Shown piece by piece: positions 58,801-64,000 of a stretch of DNA of 64,000 nt. How positions within the stretch are numbered: position 1 is the stretch's first letter; each line of letters starts with the position of its first letter. A program made the translations under genes and the position numbers. Below the pieces are notes generated by a model, which worked only from the letters and a program-made list of their open reading frames with translations, made no database searches and was not told the origin of the DNA. The stretch is from Callorhinchus milii. Taxonomy: Eukaryota. The stretch covers positions 68,884,001-68,948,000 of the forward strand of contig NW_024704743.1 of NCBI RefSeq assembly GCF_018977255.1, in the 5' to 3' direction.

Positions 58801-61800
58801 AACAGTACTGTGCCACCCTCGGGTAATACTGCATTGTCGTCTGTACCATCCTTCAGCCGAGACATTAAACCAAGGTCTTGAGTGTCTGTCCTCAACTGGT
58901 CACTACAGATCCCGTGCCACTTTGCAAAGACAAGGAAGTTTATCCTTATGACTTTAGCAACAATCCTTCAGATTAATTGGTCACGGGCTGCTGTACGTGG
59001 GGCCTTGCTGTATGCAAATGAGTGTACTGTGCTCATTTAAGCAAAACAGTCACTACAGTAGACAGTGGACAGTAATTACAATAGTGTCTAGAGACTATTG
59101 GACCTAAAAGGCAAATCTCTTTCTATCACCCAGAAAGAAACCCAACACTCACTTTACAGATTCTGTCAGCCCTCTACTGTTCATCAATAACATGAATACT
59201 GGATTCATATCAGGATCCTGATCAAGTTAAAGTTGGTATACTGTCTTTGCTGCACTCAAACATTGATCTCAAGTGATTGGTAGCTGTGACAGACATTTCA
59301 ACTCCACTCAGCTACAGGGAAACCTTTTTTTAAAAATCTACCAGGCAATCCTAGAAGCTGCTTTAAACTTCTCATTCCTTGACTTGACTCTCACACCTAA
59401 GGAAAAATTAAACTAGTCCTGGTCGAGTTACATTCCACCACCTTTTGGTATAGCTCTGAGATGGTGGCAGAGCAGGAAACAGAACACTGAAATAAATCTC
59501 CCCCCACCTTCCCCCTCCCCACCTCCACCACCCAGGGAGGGGTGAGAACAAAGTGTTAAAACAACACACAAAAGTATCTTTGGCACGACAGAAAATTCTT
59601 GAAAATAACCCACTCCGCCCAACCTGGCAAAAAGCCCTATTACAATCAAGGGGCTTCACATTACCTAGAAATGACAGATACAGCAGTGCAACTGCTCTCT
59701 ACCCAGGGTACATTTACCTCATTCGTAAACGTGAAGGTCCCGTCTCAATTCCAAAGCCCTGTGAATGTTGGAACAAGTCCAGGAGTCTAATACATTATTA
59801 AATTTACTGGGCTTGACCTCAGGGTAAAATGTGCAGGCGGAAAATTAAGTGATGTATAATTAAAAATTGTGTGACTACGGTATCAAGAACTGAATAAGGA
59901 TTTGGTTAGTTACTAATAACTCAATGAGACATAAATGCTTTGCCCACTAAAGTGGCAAAATGAGCCCTCATTCCCCCTACACTTTGCTAAATACTCCCAA
60001 TCAGTGCCTCACTTCCCCTCCAGAAAAAAGGATTTCAGCAACATTCTCTTTCTGATGTCCTCATGGTTTCTTAAACAGCAGTCAATGGATAGACCCACTA
60101 GCTCCTCTCTCTCTAAATATATATATAAATGATCTGGACATGGGTATAGGTGCATAATACATTTACAAACCACACAAAAGTAGGGGAAAGTGACTAAATA
60201 TGAAGAAGACTGTAAAAGGAACCTCAAGAGTACACAAGACAGGGTAGTGGGTTGGGCAGATGGATGGCAGATGAAGTTTAATGCAGAATATTGTGAATAT
60301 ATACATTTGGGGAGGAAGAACAAGAAATGGAAAAAATCTTTAAAGTGAAAGGGCAAGTTGAGCAACCTGTAAAGAATAGCTAATAGGATACTAGGTTTTA
60401 TAAATAAGACATTCAATACAAAAGTAGAGATAATAATAAACTGCACAAATCATTAGTTAAGCTGCAGTTAGAGTATTGTGTTCAGTTTTAGGTGCCCCTT
60501 ATTAAAAGGTTGATTGCTGTCAAACATATTGACTGGATCCTTATCCTTCAGAGGATCCAGTTCAAGATCCTGGTCCTCACCTACAAAGCCCTCCTGGCCT
60601 CCCCCACCCTAACTCTGTGATCTCTTAACCCTCTACCAACCTGCTCGCTTCCTCTGTTCAGCCGGCTCTGGCCTGCTCCACATCCCCCGCCCCACCCGCC
60701 CCACCGTTGGCGGGAGAGCCTTCAGCCACTCTGCTCCCAACCTCTGGAATTCCATCCCCAGTCACTCCGCTTCGCCCCCTCTTTAGCCTCCTTCAAGTCC
60801 CGCCTCAAAACCCTCCTCTCCGACCATGCCATCGGCCACCCCCCTTCCCCTCCCTTCTCCCTCCCTGACCCCAGCTCGGGTCTAAAATGCTGTACACTGT
60901 CCAGCATCTTGGGGCATCCTCCCGACATGAAAGGTGCTATACAAATGTAATCTTGTTGTTGTTGACTGTTTATCGGTGCCAAATTGCATATAGCAATATA
61001 CCACAAAAAGCTGTGAGGTCATCTGAACAGGCAACCAGGACATTGGTTGAATGTCTCATCCAAAGACCAGCACCTTCAGCAATGCAATGCTCCTTCACCA
61101 CTGTACTTTATCAACCAGAAAATGGGCTCAAAATTCTCACAACCTTCTGAACTGGAGACAAGAGTGCTACCAACTAAGCCAAGTGGACATCTTGAATATT
61201 TGAATATGGATCTACCCTAACCTAATGGAAGATAAAGAAGCAAGGACCAAGTACATTTCTCTAATACACGTCATGACTCTGATAAAATCTCAATATTTGA
61301 TGGTAAACTATTGAGTAAAATCCATTCCAGTTACTGGTAGGACCCAGATACTGCGTCCAGTTCCCCTTCATGCATATATCCTGTCTTGAATAATTTCCTA
61401 GTGAGAATCCTCTCTGAATGAACTAATTAAAACCAGAAGACAACAGAAATAATCAATCAAATCAACTTAATAGATAAAGTATATTTAGCAGAAGTGCTAC
61501 TCACAAATCGATTAGTACTGTATCAGTGAAAGTCTAGTTATTTAACCACAACTTTTCACTAGACTCTGGTCAACTGGTCATTTACATAAGACTGAGCCAA
61601 GTTAAGATTCTCAGAATAAAGTATTCACAATAAATTGTCAAAAGAGTTACTCAAAAGATCCCTCTAGTCATAATGGGTTAGAGATCAATTGATGGGTACA
61701 AAGAGGTTTAAAACATGAAGTGAGAAAAGGTGTTAATTTTACAATATTTGTTGAGTCCTGCGATTCAAACCTCAGAAAAAGAGTAAAAATAGCAGAATAT

Positions 61801-64000
61801 ATCTGCATTATAAGTATTTGACCAAAATTGTGAAGACCCTTGCAACAGTTTACCACAAACCACTAACACATTTTAATGTGTTAATACGTCATACACATGC
61901 CATATTCAAATGGTCACAACAGTTTCAAGGTTAAGTACGGTAATCATGACCATACTGAATGACAGATAAAGTATTTCTTTTCTTCCAAAGAGACGTATTT
62001 GTAATATGGTTTCATGGGATTCAACAAGGAGAATAAGAGGGTCAAAAATATATGGAGAGTAACAGCAGTACAAGCACGGTACTGACCAACACATCAGATG
62101 CTATTCTTCAAACCTTGCTTTGATGAAAGCGCACCACTAAAAATACATGAAGGTGAGTTGTTGGCCTTTAGTTTAACAACTGTTGGTTTAATAAAAAAAT
62201 GTTTTGAATGAACCGAGATCATTTTATATATCTATCTTTTTGACTGTGTCTTTAGTCATCTTTCTCCCCCAGCTTAGGTGACCAGTCAGCCACCTCAAGT
62301 GCTTTGAGACATCTCCCTGACTTGACAAGCACTATATATACACATTGTTGTCATATAGAAAATGAACTTTATCAGTTATAACTAATAATCTTTTGATGGA
62401 ATCGATCATCATTCAGCTGAACTTCCCAACTCACATCACCAATTTTAACATGTTTGGATGTACAGTATTCAGATTTACTAACCGCTGTATGTGAACACAG
62501 CATATTAATGAGTTCACCAGAAAAAAAATCCATTCCTGAAAGCTCAGTTTTCACGCCAATACTTTATGTGCCACCTGTTATCTCACAACAGGAATAAGCA
62601 AGGCAGGCAGGACAGTTACAGCACTTTTAAAAAAAAGTGTCATGGTACAACCCCCCCCACCCCACACACTTTTTACCTACTACAGTAATAATCCGTCAAC
62701 GTCAAGACAATTTATAGGATTTACTTTTCCATTCATTTGAAATGCATTTAAATGCAGTCACTGTAACTAATCCCATCTCATGGTTACGTAACCTACAAAA
62801 GTGCAATGGAGTCCTTTTCCATGCAATAGGCTGAGGCAGCCCAAATCGTTTCTTAGAAGCTAACTGTGCAGAGGAACCACTGTGTTGGTATTGCATCAGG
62901 ACTTAGATAGGGCTGAATTAGAGCAACATGTCTAACATGAGGAATCCCTTCTGGTTTCCACCAGCCAAAGTTTTGCAAGATGTTGACATAAAACAATCCC
63001 ATCACCACGAGGAAGGCGGAATATTCTTCTTAAAGCTTCAGAGTAAGCTCACCAGTCTTTATTTGCAAAACAAAATGAAGTGTTGTTGTGAGGAGCCAAG
63101 GAATTCATTTACAGGATATGCAAAACGGCAAAATAACGTTGTTAAAAATAAAATAAAAGCACAAGCATTACAATCAAAAGCACAGACAGTAGATGATTCC
63201 TGGAAGGGATGCAAAACAGTGCTCCAGTCCAACTTGCAATGGATCATTCAATGCAGTCAATGCAACAGTCTCAGAATGTCCGTCAGTGCCCTCATCTCTG
63301 CGGCCACCAAACACTCGGCGTCTTTCTCTCTCCCTTTAATTCTATGACTGTCTGTGCCTCATTGACAGGACACCCCTGAGAATCTGTCAGTCAGTCAGTC
63401 AGTCAGTCGGTTACTTCTTTCACTCAGACGGTGTATGGATCTGTGTGTCTGGGTCTGTGTCTCTGTGTGTGAATCTGTCTGTGTGTCTGTATCTGTGTCT
63501 GTATCTGTGTCTGTGTCTGTATCTACCTGTCTGTGTGTATCTGTCTATCTGTGTATCTAGTGTGTGTGTACCTGTCTGTGGGTGTGTGTCTGTGTGTACC
63601 TCTGTGTGTGTGTATCTGTGTGTGTGCGTGTACCTGTGTGTGTGTGTACGTACCTGTGTGTGTGTGTGTATCTCTGTGTGTGTGTGTGTGTACCTGTGTG
63701 TGTGTGTACCTGTGTGTGTATCTGTGTGTGTGTATCTGTGTGTGTACCTGTGTGTGTGTATCTGTGTGTGTGTGTACCTGTCTGTGGGTGTGTGTCTGTG
63801 TGTACCTCTGTGTGTGTGTATCTGTGTGTATCTGTGTGTGTGTGTACCTGTGTGTGTGTGTACCTGTGTGTGTGTGTGTGTACCTGTGTGTGTGTGTGTA
63901 CCTGTGTGTGTGTATGTGTGTGTGTGTGTGTGTGTGTGTCCTGGTCAGTCAGTCAGTGTAAGTGGGGCTGGTCCCAGTCTGACAGCCTTTACCTGCCCAG
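16519..64000 (-). CDS. STK17A: Serine/threonine kinase 17A (DRAK1), 5'-partial spliced CDS complement join(63993->64000,40369-40581,28865-29009,22128-22254,19234-19282,18970-19149,16519-16816)
   Basis: DAPK-family kinase motifs [52 protein letters not shown]. The C-terminus [12 protein letters not shown]...QEISGEFIY is characteristic of STK17A rather than STK17B. All junctions are GT-AG and in phase. Confidence 0.96.
17088..17660 (-). repeat. Unclassified dispersed repeat, copy A
   Basis: Colinear similarity blocks with 26390-26836 (inverted) and 48430-48885 (same orientation). Confidence 0.75.
17934..18680 (-). mobile_element. L2 LINE internal fragment
   Basis: [26 protein letters not shown] and [15 protein letters not shown], frameshifted; similar to 7016-8520. 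Confidence 0.88.
18970..19149 (-). CDS. STK17A: STK17A exon 6 (180 nt)
   Basis: Acceptor tctcgttag|G, donor GA|gtaagt; [59 protein letters not shown](E). Confidence 0.96.
19234..19282 (-). CDS. STK17A: STK17A exon 5 (49 nt)
   Basis: Acceptor ctcttttag|CT, donor TG|gtaagt; (A)[15 protein letters not shown](W). Confidence 0.95.
19728..19920. mobile_element. hAT (Charlie-like) MITE
   Basis: TIRs CAGTGGTGACCAACCT / AGGTTGGCCACCACTG (15/16 match); 8-bp flanks CTCTATAC / GACTATAC. Confidence 0.75.
22128..22254 (-). CDS. STK17A: STK17A exon 4 (127 nt)
   Basis: Acceptor cattctag|CCA, donor G|gtaagt; [42 protein letters not shown]. Confidence 0.96.
24311..25172. repeat. Long inverted repeat / foldback element (arms 24311-24499 and 24985-25172)
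   Basis: Manual alignment: 12 mismatches plus 1 indel over 189 bp; 485-bp AT-rich spacer. Confidence 0.92.
25653..25969 (-). mobile_element. Young tRNA(Ala)-derived SINE, full length
   Basis: Near-identical to 11546-11851. Confidence 0.9.
26390..26836 (+). repeat. Unclassified dispersed repeat, copy B
   Basis: Shares GGGGAGGTAAGCAGG.TCTCCTTGGAGCT, TTTTAGCTGGTT, CCCCAAGCCT, TGGTTTGGAT.CTCT.AAGCA and TGTCAGACAC...CCCGGCTGA with copy A. Confidence 0.75.
27308..27559 (-). mobile_element. tRNA(Ala)-derived SINE with a deletion in the tail region
   Basis: Same family as 25653-25969; lacks ~60 bp of the L2-like tail. Confidence 0.88.
27560..27910 (-). mobile_element. L2 LINE fragment
   Basis: [21 protein letters not shown] motif; similar to other L2 copies. 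Confidence 0.82.
28460..28795 (+). mobile_element. Older SacSINE1-like Deu SINE
   Basis: Head CTCACCTCTG.GTCAGAAGGTTATGGGTTCAAGCCCCAC; Deu core GATGGATGTTAAAGATCCCATGGCACTA; L2-like tail. Confidence 0.78.
28865..29009 (-). CDS. STK17A: STK17A exon 3 (145 nt)
   Basis: Acceptor tcctgtacag|T, donor AAA|gtaagt; [48 protein letters not shown]. Confidence 0.96.
31450..31886 (+). mobile_element. L2 LINE 3' fragment with an internal deletion
   Basis: Similar to 1-656; stem-loop tail and (TGG/TTG)n. Confidence 0.82.
32690..32940 (-). mobile_element. L2 LINE 3' end
   Basis: TIGG...LTFWNS motif and L2 tail. Confidence 0.7.
35260..35592 (+). mobile_element. Older Deu SINE
   Basis: CAGACGAGATGTTAAACTGAG..GTTCAGATGGGCATTAAAGATCCTGTGGCA, L2-like tail, (ATT)n. 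Confidence 0.72.
36008..36400 (-). mobile_element. Older Deu SINE, near full length
   Basis: Reverse complement of the SacSINE1-like head, body and tail. Confidence 0.72.
37870..38090 (-). mobile_element. LINE 3' fragment (CR1-group, family uncertain)
   Basis: GGGAGTTCCAGAATTTTGGCCCAGCAACGAT...CCAAGTCAGAATGGCATGTGACTTGGAG resembles recalled shark LINE 3' ends; unverified. Confidence 0.45.
40369..40581 (-). CDS. STK17A: STK17A exon 2 (213 nt)
   Basis: Acceptor ttttattcag|G, donor TA|gtaagt; [70 protein letters not shown](Y). Not present in the ORF track. Confidence 0.96.
40892..41393. mobile_element. Tc1/mariner (Tigger/pogo-like) non-autonomous element
   Basis: TIR CAGTAAATTCC ... GGAATTTACTG (11/11), preceded by TA and followed by CA (possibly mutated TA); GC-rich interior. 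Confidence 0.6.
46335..47560 (-). mobile_element. L2 LINE fragment with an internal deletion of the central RT region
   Basis: [36 protein letters not shown] (ORF 47078-47428), [30 protein letters not shown]; tail at 46335-46350. Confidence 0.9.
48430..48885 (-). repeat. Unclassified dispersed repeat, copy C (most diverged)
   Basis: GTGAAGTTTAACCAGCTAAA...GAGCACTG and TAGGATCACTTTACCCATTGGGGCTTTGGCTTGC align with 17282-17373. Confidence 0.65.
50864..51578 (-). mobile_element. Composite: older tRNA-derived SINE (non-Deu family) interrupted by a Deu SINE (~51020-51423)
   Basis: 50864-51013 matches 27993-28143; the host resumes at ~51430 (ATAGCGATCAG...CAGCTGAGATCA...GGAATCAAACCTG). Confidence 0.7.
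52270..52745 (+). mobile_element. CR1 LINE 3' end with an inserted SINE/L2 tail (52578-52650, minus)
   Basis: GGAACAATGAAGGTCGAGGGGTGACCTGATAGAG...GGAATGCCCTGCC...GGTCTGAATGGCCTCCTTCTG...TTCTATG tail. Confidence 0.78.
53247..53316. repeat. (CA)n/(GC)n alternating purine-pyrimidine tract
   Basis: cacacacacacatgcatacacacacgcatgcactcgtgcgcgcgcatgcgcatgcgcacacacacacac. Confidence 0.9.
53960..54262 (-). mobile_element. Long-subfamily SINE, head truncated
   Basis: Colinear with 8705-9000, including the TTTACTGCTAGGTAAACAG block. Confidence 0.82.
56364..56680 (-). mobile_element. Young L2 LINE 3' end
   Basis: Highly similar to 7016-7330 and to the reverse complement of 345-656; (TTG)n tail. Confidence 0.9.
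57491..58240. repeat. Imperfect inverted repeat (arms 57491-57551 and 58182-58240), MITE-like
   Basis: AATATCTAAATACTGATGTG...AGATCAAAGCCCCATACCTGCCTGAG is mirrored at 58182-58240. Confidence 0.75.
60110..60500 (+). mobile_element. CR1 LINE internal fragment
   Basis: ATAAATGATCTGGAC, GGGCAGATGGATGGCAGATGAAGTTTAATGCAG (WQMKFN), GAGTATTGTGTTCAGTT. Confidence 0.75.
60520..60964 (+). mobile_element. L2 LINE 3' end
   Basis: Similar to 1-656, with (TTG)n tail. Confidence 0.85.
63385..63957. repeat. Compound (GT)n microsatellite with interspersed GTACCT/GTATCT units, flanked by (CAGT)n
   Basis: Directly visible; produces the spurious C/V-rich ORF 63533-63961. Confidence 0.95.
63993..64000 (-). 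CDS. STK17A: STK17A exon 1, last 8 nt (truncated by the window edge)
   Basis: Minus strand CTG GGC AG|gtaaag gives L-G-R; the phase-2 junction joins exon 2 to give the glycine-rich loop LGRGKF. Confidence 0.8.

Noticed and set aside
63533..63961. 142-aa Cys/Val-rich ORF
   Set aside because: Translation of a (GT)n microsatellite
1..64000. CRISPR arrays, operons, rRNA or prokaryotic defence systems
   Set aside because: Intron-exon vertebrate DNA; no regularly spaced repeat-spacer structure and no intact long ORFs

Overview
Vertebrate genomic DNA, most likely a cartilaginous fish (inferred from the SacSINE1/Deu-type SINEs and the L2/CR1 repertoire, not confirmed by a search). Two spliced genes lie tail to tail. 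COA1 (+ strand) has a complete 136-aa CDS in four coding exons: 6757-6850, 10359-10510, 11173-11249, 12701-12788. STK17A/DRAK1 (- strand) has exons 2-7 complete, and the last 8 nt of exon 1 sit at the window edge (63993-64000), so intron 1 is 23.4 kb. All junctions are GT-AG and in phase. The rest is intronic/intergenic DNA dense in decayed L2 and CR1 LINEs, tRNA-derived SINEs, MITE-like elements and microsatellites; almost all ORF-track entries are repeat-derived or spurious. I found no prokaryote-type system such as CRISPR or an operon. The best leads are: three diverged copies of an unclassified ~450-570 bp repeat with shared ORF motifs and a splice donor; a 189-bp, ~93% identical inverted repeat in STK17A intron 3; a TE-tail-derived palindrome forming a p53-type site in STK17A intron 1; a candidate alternative COA1 last exon; inverted SINEs bracketing COA1 exons; and a SINE-in-SINE composite seen twice with the same junction.
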